Shown piece by piece: positions 39,288-50,522 of a stretch of DNA of 64,000 bases (positions are counted from its first letter, which is position 1; each line of letters begins with the position of its first letter). Under the pieces are notes generated by a model. That model worked only from the letters and a program-made list of their open reading frames with translations. It ran no database searches and had not been told where the DNA came from. Position numbers and translations under genes: made by a program. This DNA is from Syntrophales bacterium (GTDB lineage: Bacteria; Desulfobacterota; Syntrophia; Syntrophales; PHBD01): the NCBI GenBank assembly GCA_963668175.1, contig OY764159.1, positions 1,280,001 to 1,344,000 of the forward strand, written 5' to 3'.

Positions 39288-40436
39288 ATGTCGTATTCGT
39301 ATGAACAGGGGCCCATCAGGCCGCCCAGCGAAGCCAAAAGTCTCCTGATCCGGGCCACCAGGAATTGTCCGTGGAACAAATGCGCCTTTTGCCATACCTA
39401 CCGGGGGACGAAATTCGAGCTGAGAAGCATCGAGGAAATCAAGAAGGACATCGACAAGGCCCGCGAGATCGCCGAGGCGATCAAAGCCCTGTCCTGGAAA
39501 ATAGGGGCCGGCGGCCGGGTGACGGATGCCGTGATTACCGCCATCTACGACGGGGACGACTTCTACGACGACGGCTACAAATCCGTCGGGGCCTGGCTCT
39601 ATTTCGGCGGCGAGTCGGTCTTCCTCCAGGACGCCAATACGATCATCATGAAGACGCCCGATCTGGTCGAGGTTCTCACGTATATTCGGGAACAGTTTCC
39701 GCAGGTCACGCGGATCACGTCCTACGGCCGGTCCCACACCGCCGCCAGGAAATCGGTAGAGGATTTCAAGGCCTTGAAGGCCGCCGGGCTCTCCCGCATC
39801 CATATCGGCATGGAGAGCGGATACGATCCCGTCCTCGAATTCATCCGGAAGGGTGTGACCGCCGCCGACCATATCGAGGGCGGCCGGAGGATCGTCGCCT
39901 CGGGTCTGTCCCTGAGCGAGTATATCATCCCCGGCCTCGGGGGCACACGCTGGACGAAGGAGCACGCCGTCGAAACGGCCCGCGTGATCAACGCCATCAA
40001 CCCCCGGTATGTCCGGCTGCGTTCCCTTCACGCCGTCCGGGGCTCGAAGCTGCACGAGATGATGGTGAACGGGGAATTCGAACCGCTTCCCGACGAGGAC
40101 GTGCTGCGCGAAATCAGGCTGTTCATCGAAAACCTCGACGGCATTACCACGACCATCGTCAGCGACCACATCCTGAACCTTCTGGAAGAACTGGAAGGGG
40201 AACTCCCCGGGGCCAAACCGCGCCTTCTCGCCACGATCGACCGCTTCTTCGCCATGCCGGATAAGGAACGGCTGATTTTCCGCCTGGGCAGGCGCAAGGG
40301 CATCTACCGCCGCCTCGACGACCTAAAAGACAGGTTCACGTACGGCCGGCTGGAGGCTGTCGTCGACCAGTATGCCGCCGGCGACGCCGGCCAGTTGGAC
40401 CGTGACCTGGCCCGGATCATGAACGGGTATATTTGA
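39288..40436 (+). CDS. Radical SAM protein
   Basis: RPPSEA and CPWNKCAFC motifs; GMESG. Confidence 0.9.
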   Translation: MSYSYEQGPIRPPSEAKSLLIRATRNCPWNKCAFCHTYRGTKFELRSIEEIKKDIDKAREIAEAIKALSWKIGAGGRVTDAVITAIYDGDDFYDDGYKSVGAWLYFGGESVFLQDANTIIMKTPDLVEVLTYIREQFPQVTRITSYGRSHTAARKSVEDFKALKAAGLSRIHIGMESGYDPVLEFIRKGVTAADHIEGGRRIVASGLSLSEYIIPGLGGTRWTKEHAVETARVINAINPRYVRLRSLHAVRGSKLHEMMVNGEFEPLPDEDVLREIRLFIENLDGITTTIVSDHILNLLEELEGELPGAKPRLLATIDRFFAMPDKERLIFRLGRRKGIYRRLDDLKDRFTYGRLEAVVDQYAAGDAGQLDRDLARIMNGYI

Positions 40437-40475
40437 GCCCTTTTTCCGCACGAGCGGCCGCAATATAAAGGTTCT

Positions 40476-41948
40476 ATGACCAGCATCATCACCCTGAATA
40501 AAGTGACGGTCCGCCTCGGCGACCGTTTTCTCCTGCCCGACACCGACTGGGAGATCCGGTCCGGGGAGAACTGGGCCGTCCTGGGTCCCAACGGTGCCGG
40601 CAAGTCCACGCTGGTCCGGGCCCTGACCGGCGATGTGCCCTGTGTCCGGGGCAGTTTGACCCGCCGCGGTCCCCTGGTCGACGGGGGGAGTATCGGTTAC
40701 GTCTCCTGGGAAGAGCAGGAAAGGCTTATCGCCCGTGAGCGGGCCAGGGACGATGCCCGCGATTTTTCGCAGGAGCCGGAAGGTTATGAAACGGCGCAGG
40801 CGGCCATCCTGTCAGGCGCCGGGGAAAACGGCTGCGATCGCCCGGACCTGGAAAAAGTCGCCATCATGACCGGCGCCAAGGAACTTCTCGACAGGCCCCT
40901 TCGCTATCTCTCCACCGGCGAGATGCGCAAGGTTCTCCTGGCGCGCGCCCTCCTGAAATCGCCGCAACTCCTCGTCCTCGACGAGCCGTTCGGCGGCATC
41001 GACGCCGAAACAAGGGCTTCGCTCATGGACACGATCCAGTCCCTTGCCGCCGCCGGGATGCCCATCGTGCTCGTCACCCATCGCCCGGAAGAGCTGCTGC
41101 CGGCCATTTCCCACGTCCTTCTCCTCAGGGAAGGCCGTGTCGTGAAGCAGGGAAAGCGGGATGACGTTTTAAAACCGGAGGTTTTGGACAATCTTTATGC
41201 AAGAGAGGCGAAACCGGAACCGGCCGGGGAGGCGCTTCCCGGAACGGCTGTGCCAAGGGCCAACGGCCGAGAAGTCCTGATCGAGCTTAAGGGCGTGACG
41301 GTCCGGTACGGCGAGGCCCTGATCCTGGACAGGCTGAACTGGACGGTTCGGCGGGGCGAGAACTGGGCCGTGGCCGGACCCAACGGCGCGGGCAAGACGA
41401 CGCTCCTTCGCCTGATCACCGGGGACCACCTCCAGGCCTATGCCAACGACATCCGGATATTCGGCAAGGCCAGGGGCTCCGGGGAAAGCATCTGGGAGAT
41501 CAGGGAGAAAATGGGCGTCGTCTCCTCGGAGGTGCAGCTCAAGTACCGCAAGGGGATCAAGGTCGAGGACGTCGTGGCCTCGGGACTGTTCGACTCCGTC
41601 GGCCTCTACCGGCTTCTGACGCCGGAACAGAAAGGACAGGTGGAGCATTGCCTCCATTCGCTGGGGCTCGCCGCCATGGCAGGGCGGCTCTTCACCCGGC
41701 TTTCGTATGGGGAGCGGCGGATGGCGCTCTTGGCCCGGGCGATGGTGAAATCGCCCCAGGTCCTCGTTCTGGACGAGCCGTGCCAGGGGCTCGACCGGGA
41801 CAACCGGCGGTTCATCCTCGGCATGATCGACGACATCGGAAGCCGTACGGCGACCCAGCTCTTGTATGTAACCCACTACCCGGAAGAACTCCCCGCCTGT
41901 ATCCATCAGGTCCTACGACTGGAGAAGGCGCAAGAGGAGAAAGCTTAA
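40476..41948 (+). CDS. ModF-like duplicated ABC ATPase
   Basis: Two Walker A motifs GPNGAGK(S/T), LSTGE/LSYGE and two LDEP motifs. Confidence 0.88.
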   Translation: MTSIITLNKVTVRLGDRFLLPDTDWEIRSGENWAVLGPNGAGKSTLVRALTGDVPCVRGSLTRRGPLVDGGSIGYVSWEEQERLIARERARDDARDFSQEPEGYETAQAAILSGAGENGCDRPDLEKVAIMTGAKELLDRPLRYLSTGEMRKVLLARALLKSPQLLVLDEPFGGIDAETRASLMDTIQSLAAAGMPIVLVTHRPEELLPAISHVLLLREGRVVKQGKRDDVLKPEVLDNLYAREAKPEPAGEALPGTAVPRANGREVLIELKGVTVRYGEALILDRLNWTVRRGENWAVAGPNGAGKTTLLRLITGDHLQAYANDIRIFGKARGSGESIWEIREKMGVVSSEVQLKYRKGIKVEDVVASGLFDSVGLYRLLTPEQKGQVEHCLHSLGLAAMAGRLFTRLSYGERRMALLARAMVKSPQVLVLDEPCQGLDRDNRRFILGMIDDIGSRTATQLLYVTHYPEELPACIHQVLRLEKAQEEKA

Positions 41949-42124
41949 AGACAAGCGAAGTAGGTACACGGGGGCACACGCAGTCAGGGACCGCGACACA
42001 GGAGCTTTCAGGGGACCGCAGGGTACATCGATGGGAAAATAGCCGTGGGAAGCATATAGGCGGAGAAACGTCTGGCGGCTCGTCGAAAAACGCCATTTTG
42101 AATAGGCCGTGCCCCCCGCATGGG

Positions 42125-42228
42125 GGGTGTTCAAAAATGTCCAGATGCAAGGCGTGCAGCGCAACATCACCTAAAGGTGATAAATCACCTGAAGGTGACA
42201 AGCAGCAGATGGGCATTTTTCAACAGCC
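42125..42228. mobile_element. MITE-like element with 24-bp imperfect terminal inverted repeats
   Basis: Left GGGTGTTCAAAAATGTCCAGATGC versus right (revcomp) GGCTGTTGAAAAATGCCCATCTGC, 19/24 match; no ORF. Confidence 0.6.
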
Positions 42229-42230
42229 TG

Positions 42231-42935
<705 letters not shown>

Positions 42936-43649
42936 ATTTCTGCCCAAAATAGGCCTCGATGACCTTTTCGTTGACGATGACTTCGGCCGGCGTCCCCTCG
43001 GCGATCTTCTCTCCCGAGTCGAGGACCACCACCCGGTTGGCGATCGGCATGATGCCTTCCATGACGTGTTCCACGAGAACAAGCGATATGCCCATGTCCC
43101 GGAGTTTCAGGACGAGTTCGACGGTCTCCCGCACTTCGTTGATGTTCAGACCGGCCATCATCTCGTCCAGGAGCATGATTTCCGGTTCCGTCGTGAAAAC
43201 CTTGGCGACCTCCAGCCGCTTCTGTTCCGAGATGGTGAGCGATACGGCGGGCAGGTCTAGCCTGTCCGCAAAGCCGAAAATCTCCGCGGCCTGGCGGGCC
43301 TTGGCCTCGGCCTTACGGCGCTGGGGATAGCGGAGGAACGCCCCGATCATGATATTCTCCAGGACGGTCATGTCCTTGAAGGTCCTGACGATCTGGAAGG
43401 TCCTGCCGATGCCGAGGCGGCAGATGGTTTCCGGGTCCTTCCTCGTAATGTCCGTGCCCTTGTAGGTGATCCTGCCTTCGTTGGCATTGTAATAACACGA
43501 AATGCAGTTGAACAGCGTCGATTTTCCCGCCCCGTTGGGACCGATGAGGCCGATGATCTCGCCTTTATTCATGGAAAAGGAGATATTCTGGTTGGCCGTC
43601 AGGCCTCCGAAACGCTTCGTCACATTTTCCACGATCAGGATGTCGCCGC

Positions 43650-44594
43650 TCATTTCGCCCTCCTTGCCAGCAGGGCCCAGAGTCCATGCGGACGCCAAAT
43701 GGCCAGGATGATGATGAGAAGTGCGTAGATGATCATATCGATCCCCTGGCCTTCGCTGCCGAGATAGACCCGGGTCAGTTCCGTCAGGGGGATGAAGACG
43801 AAGGCCCCCACGATGGGACCGAAGAGGGTGCCGATGCCGCCGATCAGACAGATGATGCAGAGGTGGATCGACATCATGAGGTCCATCGTGCTCGACGGGT
43901 GGATATACAGGACGTACTGGGCGTAAAACGTGCCGCAGATGGCCGTCAGGACGGCCGATATGGAGAAGGCGATCATCTTGTATTTTTGAATGTCGATGCC
44001 CAGGCTCCTGGCCCCGTCCGCATCGTCCTTGATCGCCCGCAGGTAATAGCCGATCCGGCTCTTTTCCACGGCGTAGGAGACGCCGAGGGCGACGATCATC
44101 ATGGCCATAATGATGTAGTAATAGGGTATTTTCGTCGTGTGGAATTCAAAGTTCTTCACCGATTCGTCCAGGATGGGGATGTAGATTCCCACCGCGGCGC
44201 CGACGTAATCCCAGTTGGTGAAGATGACCAGCATGATTTCGCCGACGGCGATTGTGGCAATGGCGAAATAGTGGCCCTGCAGGCGGAAACAGGGATAGCC
44301 TACGATGAGGGCGAGAAGGACGGAGAAGAAACAGCCTGCCAGCATGCCGATCCAGGGGTTCAGGCCGAAATTGACCAGCAGCACCGCCGTTGCATAGGCG
44401 CCGATGCCGAAGAATGCAGCGTTGCCAAAAGAGACCTGCCCGGTGTAGCCGCCGATGATGTTCCATCCGACGCTCATGGTGGCGTAAAGCATGATCATGA
44501 TCATGAGGTGACGGGGGAACGGATCCGTAAAGAAGACGGGAAATGCGGCCAGGATGAAGATGAAGGCGGCAAATATCAGGAATCCTTTTTTCAT
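43650..44594 (-). CDS. livM: ABC permease LivM-like
   Basis: GYTGQVSFG and RLQGHYFAIAT motifs. Confidence 0.9.
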   Translation of the reverse strand: MKKGFLIFAAFIFILAAFPVFFTDPFPRHLMIMIMLYATMSVGWNIIGGYTGQVSFGNAAFFGIGAYATAVLLVNFGLNPWIGMLAGCFFSVLLALIVGYPCFRLQGHYFAIATIAVGEIMLVIFTNWDYVGAAVGIYIPILDESVKNFEFHTTKIPYYYIIMAMMIVALGVSYAVEKSRIGYYLRAIKDDADGARSLGIDIQKYKMIAFSISAVLTAICGTFYAQYVLYIHPSSTMDLMMSIHLCIICLIGGIGTLFGPIVGAFVFIPLTELTRVYLGSEGQGIDMIIYALLIIILAIWRPHGLWALLARRAK

Positions 44595-44601
44595 ATCGCC
44601 C

Positions 44602-45465
44602 TCACTTGCTTCCCAGCAGGCCCTGGGGTCTGATAAAGACCACGGCCAGATAGAGCATCAATACGAACATGAACTTGAGGGAGGGGTCGATCAGGTAACC
44701 GCTGATGACCTCCACCATCCCCACGATGATGCCGGCGATAAAGGCACCGGCGACGCTGCCGAAACCGCCCAGGGCGACTACGACGAAGGTGATCACCCCG
44801 AAATTCGCGCCGACTTCCGGGAAGACGTAATAGAAGCTGGAAAGCAATGCCCCGGCCACGCCGACCGTGGCGATGCCGATGCCCCACGCCAGGGCGAACA
44901 TCCGGTCGCTGTTGATGCCCATCAGCCGGGCCGATTCCTTGTCTTCCGAGACGGCCTCAAGCGCCATGCCCAATTTCGTGGATTTGAGAAACCAGAAGAT
45001 CAGGCCGTTGCAGAGGATGGCTCCCCCGGCGGCAACCAGCTGCGGTACGCCGATGTAGACGTCCAATACGTTGATGTTGCCGGAGAGGATGGTTTGCGGG
45101 ATCATGCGGTAATCGACCTTCCACAGGAACTGGGCCAGGCCTCTCAGCAGGATCAGAACCCCGAAGGTCACGAAGATCTGGGACAGCATCGGGGCATTGA
45201 TGATGGGCTTGATCAGGATATAGTAGGTGACGATTCCCAGAATGAAAAGCGCAATCGTAACGACAGGGAGGGACTGGAGGGGGTCCCAGGCGAACAGGAT
45301 GAAGAACCAGTAGGCGAAATACATGGCCACCATGAGGTAATCGCCGTGGGCGAAATTCACGATTTCCATCATGCCGAAGATCATCGTCAGGCCGACGGCG
45401 ATCAGGGCGTAAACGAATCCGATCAACAGGCCACTGACCAGCGTTTGTACGAAGACCCCCTCCAT
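44602..45465 (-). CDS. livH: ABC permease LivH-like
   Basis: YALIAVGLTMIFG...NFAHG and LGGFGS motifs. Confidence 0.9.
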   Translation of the reverse strand: MEGVFVQTLVSGLLIGFVYALIAVGLTMIFGMMEIVNFAHGDYLMVAMYFAYWFFILFAWDPLQSLPVVTIALFILGIVTYYILIKPIINAPMLSQIFVTFGVLILLRGLAQFLWKVDYRMIPQTILSGNINVLDVYIGVPQLVAAGGAILCNGLIFWFLKSTKLGMALEAVSEDKESARLMGINSDRMFALAWGIGIATVGVAGALLSSFYYVFPEVGANFGVITFVVVALGGFGSVAGAFIAGIIVGMVEVISGYLIDPSLKFMFVLMLYLAVVFIRPQGLLGSK

Positions 45466-45477
45466 GCGTCAACCATC

Positions 45478-46737
45478 CTATCGTTTAACATTCCATTGCG
45501 GAAACGGCCACACAACGTCCTTGGTCGCCAGGTTGAAGGGCCATACGGTGTAGCGTTCCCCGTTGTAGATCTGAACGATGATGCCCTTGCCGAGGACGTT
45601 CTGGTGGGATTTCGGGTCGAAGCGGACGCCGTCCCAGGGCATAATCAACTGGTCGGGTTTGATGTTCGTTTCGAGAAGCGCCTTCTGGATCTTTGCCGGC
45701 TCCGTCGAGCCCGCCCGGTTGATGGCGTCCGCAAGCACGATCATGCCCGTGAAGGAGCGTGCGTAATCGCCCGACATCGGTTTTCCCGCCTGTTTCTCGA
45801 ACCGGTCAGCGATCGTCTTGATCATCGGCTTTTTGGCTCCCAGGTCCTTGGACCAGACTTCCCGGCTGAGGATGTAGTTGGCATCATTGCCGAGCGATTT
45901 GGTAAACTCCGGATCGTTGAAACCGGCGTTGTTGGCCAGGAGGGCCGTCGGCGCGAAGTTGAGCTCCTTGTAAGTTTTGACCGACAAAATGGCATCGGCC
46001 ACATAGGAGGTCTGCATGATGATGGCCGGGTTGTAGCTTCTCAGCTTCTGGATTTCCGACGTCAACTGGGTGCTCTTGGCGGGATAGAGAACGACGCCGC
46101 TGATGTTGTAGCCGTACTGCTTGGCGTACTTTTCCTGGAATTTCCTGGAGTCGACGCCGAAGAGCGTGTTTTCGTTGAAGAGGGCGATCGTCCCCATGGC
46201 GACCTTCTTTTTCTTCTTCACGTCGTTCAGGAAATGGAAGAAGTTTTCGCTCAGAAGGTCGTCGTTCGGCGTAGTCCGGAAGAACCACTTGAAACCCCTC
46301 TCGGTCAAGCTGGGGGATGTGGAGCTGTCATTCAAAAACGGGATTCCGTATCTTTCCGCCGCCTGGGAGGCCGTTGCCGTCACGGCGCTGTTGTAGCAGC
46401 CCATAATCGCAACGACTTTTTCCTGGGTGATCAGGCGTTCGGCTTCCGCCATGCCGACCTCGGGTTTACCTTGGTGGTCCCCCGGGATGATCTTGATCTT
46501 CGCGCCTTTGAGATTGGGCAGGCCCGCGCTTTTGGCCAGCGGCATATTCAGGTTGTTCTTATTGTTGATGATGTCGGCCGCCAGCTTGACGCCTTCGAGG
46601 AGTCCCTGGCCCGTGCTGGCCAACGGTCCCGTCAGCGGGAAGATGACGCCGATCCGGATCTCGTTCTCGGCAAAGCCTGTGGAAGTAAACGAAAGAATGA
46701 GAACCGATAAAAACAGAGCCATAAAAATTCTTTTCAT
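45478..46737 (-). CDS. LivJ/K-family periplasmic substrate-binding protein
   Basis: Signal peptide; IGVIFPLTGPLA, GCYNSAVT and LTERGFKWFFR motifs. Confidence 0.9.
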   Translation of the reverse strand: MKRIFMALFLSVLILSFTSTGFAENEIRIGVIFPLTGPLASTGQGLLEGVKLAADIINNKNNLNMPLAKSAGLPNLKGAKIKIIPGDHQGKPEVGMAEAERLITQEKVVAIMGCYNSAVTATASQAAERYGIPFLNDSSTSPSLTERGFKWFFRTTPNDDLLSENFFHFLNDVKKKKKVAMGTIALFNENTLFGVDSRKFQEKYAKQYGYNISGVVLYPAKSTQLTSEIQKLRSYNPAIIMQTSYVADAILSVKTYKELNFAPTALLANNAGFNDPEFTKSLGNDANYILSREVWSKDLGAKKPMIKTIADRFEKQAGKPMSGDYARSFTGMIVLADAINRAGSTEPAKIQKALLETNIKPDQLIMPWDGVRFDPKSHQNVLGKGIIVQIYNGERYTVWPFNLATKDVVWPFPQWNVKR

Positions 46738-47690
46738 GCCGACCTCCTTAGGTAATGATTTAGTTCCTCCATCTTGTCTGATTTTTCCTTCCAGAGGGCT
46801 TCCGCTTCCTCCAGACCGATCATCTCGAACCAGGCGTCGTCAGCCGGTTTCAGATGGGCCAGAGCGTCCTGATCCGCCCTGACCACGGTGGCTACCCTCG
46901 CGTAGCCGCCGATCGTACGCTCATACAGGATGACGATGGGCATACCGTCGCCGGGTATTTGAACCGTACCAGGCATGACGCCCTCGGATACAATGCTTTT
47001 ATCCCGGGAATCCTTGAAAATAAGCGGGTCGCCTTCGAGCCGGATTCCTGCCCGGTTCGAGTTGACCGATACGGTGTAGACGGTTTTTAATCTTTTTTCA
47101 ACAAATCTTTTCATCGAATCGTCGGTGAAAAAATCCGCTTCGGGGCCCGCAACCATTCTCAGCCGGTGGGGAGGGTGCATCCTCGGGATGAAGTGTTCCG
47201 GAACCATGCCAGGGTTTGCAACCGGGCTTCCCGCCGGCCGTAACTTGTCCCCGGCCTTCAATGCCCTGCCCTGATAGCCGCCGAACCGGCATTCCAGGTT
47301 GGTTGTCCGGCTGCCCATAATGGGTTCGATGTCGATACCGCCTGCGAAACCGACATAATAGCGGAACCCCTCCGTAATATTTGTTACCTTGAGGACGCTT
47401 CCCCGGGAGGCGTTGACGGCCGTCCAGGGACGGATATTCTGGTTATCCAGCGTTGCCGCTACTCTGGCCCCGGTGATGGCGAACGTCGTATCCACCTGAA
47501 ACCTGACGCTGAAATAGGCGCCGATGACTTCAACGACAGCGGCGGACTCGTCGCTTCCCGTCAGCCGGTTCAGGATTTTGTAAGCAAACTGGTCGAGGGC
47601 CGAAGAGACGGGGACGCCGATCGCGCTGTATCCGAACCGGCCCCTGTCGACGATAACGGCATGCATGCCCGGATTAACCACTTCGATCAT
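46734..47690 (-). CDS. pxpC: 5-oxoprolinase subunit C (KipA/AHS2)
   Basis: DRGRFG, GSRTT, SNRAGIRLEG, GTVQIPGDG and TIGGY motifs. Confidence 0.9.
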   Translation of the reverse strand: MIEVVNPGMHAVIVDRGRFGYSAIGVPVSSALDQFAYKILNRLTGSDESAAVVEVIGAYFSVRFQVDTTFAITGARVAATLDNQNIRPWTAVNASRGSVLKVTNITEGFRYYVGFAGGIDIEPIMGSRTTNLECRFGGYQGRALKAGDKLRPAGSPVANPGMVPEHFIPRMHPPHRLRMVAGPEADFFTDDSMKRFVEKRLKTVYTVSVNSNRAGIRLEGDPLIFKDSRDKSIVSEGVMPGTVQIPGDGMPIVILYERTIGGYARVATVVRADQDALAHLKPADDAWFEMIGLEEAEALWKEKSDKMEELNHYLRRSA

Positions 47691-48328
47691 AGGCCGACAA
47701 ACCTCACCGTATCTCCGATTTGCATGCGGCTGTAAGGCGCTGTTTCATGATTGAAAAGCCTGACGTCTGTTCTGCCTATGATCCTCCAGCCGCCGGGCGA
47801 GTCGAACGGGTAGATGCCGGTCTGCAGCTGGGTTATGCCGACGGACCCCTGGGGGACCCTGACTCGCGGCGTCTCCAGGCGCGGGACGTTCAGCCTCGCG
47901 TCCAGCACGCCGAGGTAGACGAATCCCGGGATGAACCCGACCGTGAAGACGCTGTAAAGAACCGATTGATGGACCGCGACGACCTCCGCCTCGCTGAGGC
48001 CTGTCTGCGTGCAGACTGCGGCCATGTCCGGCCCATCCGCACCCCCGTACCGGACGGGAATTTCATGGGTGGCCGGTTCGGGGATGGTCATCGACGCGAT
48101 GGCCCCGCTGCTCTCGGACAGGATGGCCGCAAGCGATTCAAAGCCGGTCTTGTTTCCGTCGAAATGGAGCAGGCAGGCATTGAAAGAAGGGGTGATGTCA
48201 ACAATCCCCTCGTGTCGAAGATTCTTGACAAAGTGATAGAATCGCAGAACTGCGGCATGGGATGTCATGTCGACAGCCGTTCCGAACTGCACCCGGAGTG
48301 CATTTTCACCGTATCGGGAGATGATCAT
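47687..48328 (-). CDS. pxpB: 5-oxoprolinase subunit B (KipI/AHS1)
   Basis: IPVRYG...GPD, GFIPGFVYLG and GIYPFDSPGGW motifs. Confidence 0.92.
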   Translation of the reverse strand: MIISRYGENALRVQFGTAVDMTSHAAVLRFYHFVKNLRHEGIVDITPSFNACLLHFDGNKTGFESLAAILSESSGAIASMTIPEPATHEIPVRYGGADGPDMAAVCTQTGLSEAEVVAVHQSVLYSVFTVGFIPGFVYLGVLDARLNVPRLETPRVRVPQGSVGITQLQTGIYPFDSPGGWRIIGRTDVRLFNHETAPYSRMQIGDTVRFVGL

Positions 48329-48487
48329 GGGGTCCTGATCGCGCTTGATCTTCAAAAAGACGGTCCATCCACCGTCTCGTTTCACACCGGGGCTTGACTC
48401 GCGATGAGCTGTATCCGGTCGCGGATCTCCCGACGCCAGGGAACATGTGAAGGCTTGCGGGAGTTTCCGTATTCATATGGCGACACC

Positions 48488-49270
48488 TCAGGCCGGCGCG
48501 GCCAGAGGCCTCGTCAGGATCTTTTCCTTTTTAAAAAGGCCGTGTATCTTTTTCGCCGCCGCAATGCTCTCCACATTGTCTCCGTGGAGGCACAAGGTGT
48601 CGATATCCATGTCGATCCAGCGGCCGCTGACGCTTTCGATACCCTGTTCCTTTACCATCGTGACGGCCCGTCGGGCGATGACGTCGGGGTCATGAAGGAC
48701 GGCCTGCCGATGCGACCGGGACAGGAGCTCCCCGTCGTCCGTATACATGCGGTCGGGAAAGGCCTCCAGGGCCAGGCGCAGTCCTTTCTTGCGGCAGGTC
48801 TTTTTCAAACTCGCGGTCCTGTGGGTGCCGAGGGCGAGCAGGACGGGATTGCCGAAGGCGTCTTTTATCGCTGCGGCGATTTCGATGAACCGCGCCTCCT
48901 GGTTCACCATAAAATTATAGAGCGCGCCGTGGAATTTCACATGCTGCAGCGTCAGCCCGTGCAGATGGAGAAAACCTGTGAGGGCGCCGACCTGGTAAAC
49001 GATATCGTTGATCAGGTCCTTCTGGTCCATCTCCATCTGCCTCCTGCCGAAGCCGACGATATCCCGGTATCCCGGATGGGCGCCGGGCATGACTTTATAT
49101 TGCCGGCAAAGCGAGACGGTTTCGGCCATGACGGTGGGATCGGAGGCGTGGAAGCCGCAGGCAATATTGGCTGATGTGATATAGCGAATGATTTCGCGGT
49201 CATTGCCGATCTGGTAGGCGCCGAAAGATTCACCCATATCACAGTTGAGATCGATAATGAATTCCTTCAT
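48488..49270 (-). CDS. pxpA: 5-oxoprolinase subunit A (LamB/YcsF)
   Basis: DLNCDMGESFG, ANIACGFHA, HVKFHGALYN and TLCLHGD motifs. Confidence 0.95.
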   Translation of the reverse strand: MKEFIIDLNCDMGESFGAYQIGNDREIIRYITSANIACGFHASDPTVMAETVSLCRQYKVMPGAHPGYRDIVGFGRRQMEMDQKDLINDIVYQVGALTGFLHLHGLTLQHVKFHGALYNFMVNQEARFIEIAAAIKDAFGNPVLLALGTHRTASLKKTCRKKGLRLALEAFPDRMYTDDGELLSRSHRQAVLHDPDVIARRAVTMVKEQGIESVSGRWIDMDIDTLCLHGDNVESIAAAKKIHGLFKKEKILTRPLAAPA

Positions 49271-49516
49271 GATATCGGCAATCTTTCACAGCACCCCCCG
49301 GCTGTCAAGCAGAAATTCGCCCGACAAAGGAAAAACGCAGTCATGGAGGATGGTTACGGATACGGGCCTGTCCGGAATTCCGGACTGTGCCCCGGAAAGG
49401 GTCTGCACCCTCGACATTTTTTACTTCGTGATGCCGGAACGGTATAAGGCTGCATCCGGGATTCCTCACGTTTTTCGCGAGAAATTCCTTGACAGGGCAG
49501 GGTGCATCTGCTAGGT

Positions 49517-49619
49517 GACGCCTAACCGCTTGGATCCGGCAGACGGACTGGGACGGGAGGAAAGGCAAGCTTCTATATGCGAACGCAATGCCCCCCGTCC
49601 GACAACGGGGGGCTTTTTT
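49517..49619 (+). promoter_or_regulatory. panC leader attenuator (pan RNA motif-like) with intrinsic terminator
   Basis: TTGACA at 49489; terminator GCCCCCCGT/ACGGGGGGC plus T6 at 49590-49619, before the panC start; GGACGGG (49551-57) can pair with CCCGTCC (49594-600). Confidence 0.65.
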
Positions 49620-49635
49620 GTTTGTGGGGGTGGCC

Positions 49636-50493
49636 GTGAAGATCATCGAAACAGTCAAAGAGATGCAGGCGTTTTCCGAAGCGCTCCGGAATCGGGGCAA
49701 AAAGATCGCCTTTGTCCCGACGATGGGTTTTTTCCATGAGGGGCATTTGAACCTCATGAGGGAGGGACGGAAACGCGGCGACTGTGTCGTCGTCAGTATC
49801 TACGTCAATCCCACCCAGTTCGGCCCGAACGAAGATTTTTCCCGCTACCCCCGGGATTTCGAACGGGACCGTAAGCTGGCCGAGGGCGTCGGCGTCGATG
49901 TCATCTTCTATCCGTCCAACGAGGAGATGTATCCCGAGCATTACCAGACTTACGTTACCGTGGAAGGCGTGACGGATAATCTCTGCGGCCTTTCGCGCCC
50001 GGGTCATTTTCGCGGCGTCGCCACGGTATGCGCCAAACTGTTCAACATGGTCAAACCCCATGTTGCCATTTTCGGCCAAAAGGATTTCCAGCAGCTAACC
50101 GTCATCAAGCGCATGGTCCAGGATCTTAATATGGACCTGGAAATCGTCGGCATGCCGACGACCAGGGAAACGGACGGGCTGGCCATGAGCTCCCGGAACA
50201 CCTATCTTTCGAGTGAGGAGCGGTCGTCCGCCCTCAGTCTCAGCCGTTCTCTGAAGATGGCGAAGGCGTCGTACGAAGGGGGCGAAAGGGACGCCTTGAA
50301 GATTGTCGCTTCGGCCTGTGCCTTCATTGAAGGGCATCCGCATGCCGCGATCGATTACGTCAAGATATGCGATATAAAAACGATGCAGGACATCAGCCGC
50401 ATGGAGGGTCCGTGCGTGATGGCCCTTGCCGTAAAGGTCGGAAAGACCAGACTGATTGATAATTATGTTTTCGGGGAGTCGTTGGACATCTGA
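49636..50493 (+). CDS. panC: Pantoate-beta-alanine ligase
   Basis: VPTMGFFHEGH, VNPTQF, RPGHFRGV, FGQKD, GLAMSSRN and RLIDN motifs. Confidence 0.98.
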   Translation: MKIIETVKEMQAFSEALRNRGKKIAFVPTMGFFHEGHLNLMREGRKRGDCVVVSIYVNPTQFGPNEDFSRYPRDFERDRKLAEGVGVDVIFYPSNEEMYPEHYQTYVTVEGVTDNLCGLSRPGHFRGVATVCAKLFNMVKPHVAIFGQKDFQQLTVIKRMVQDLNMDLEIVGMPTTRETDGLAMSSRNTYLSSEERSSALSLSRSLKMAKASYEGGERDALKIVASACAFIEGHPHAAIDYVKICDIKTMQDISRMEGPCVMALAVKVGKTRLIDNYVFGESLDI

Positions 50494-50522
50494 TCAGCCG
50501 TCGACCCCGGGGAGGTGAAAAC

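Noticed and set aside
48306..48476. 56-aa minus-strand ORF between pxpA and pxpB
   Set aside because: No recognisable motif, and it overlaps the pxpB start; coding status is unsupported.
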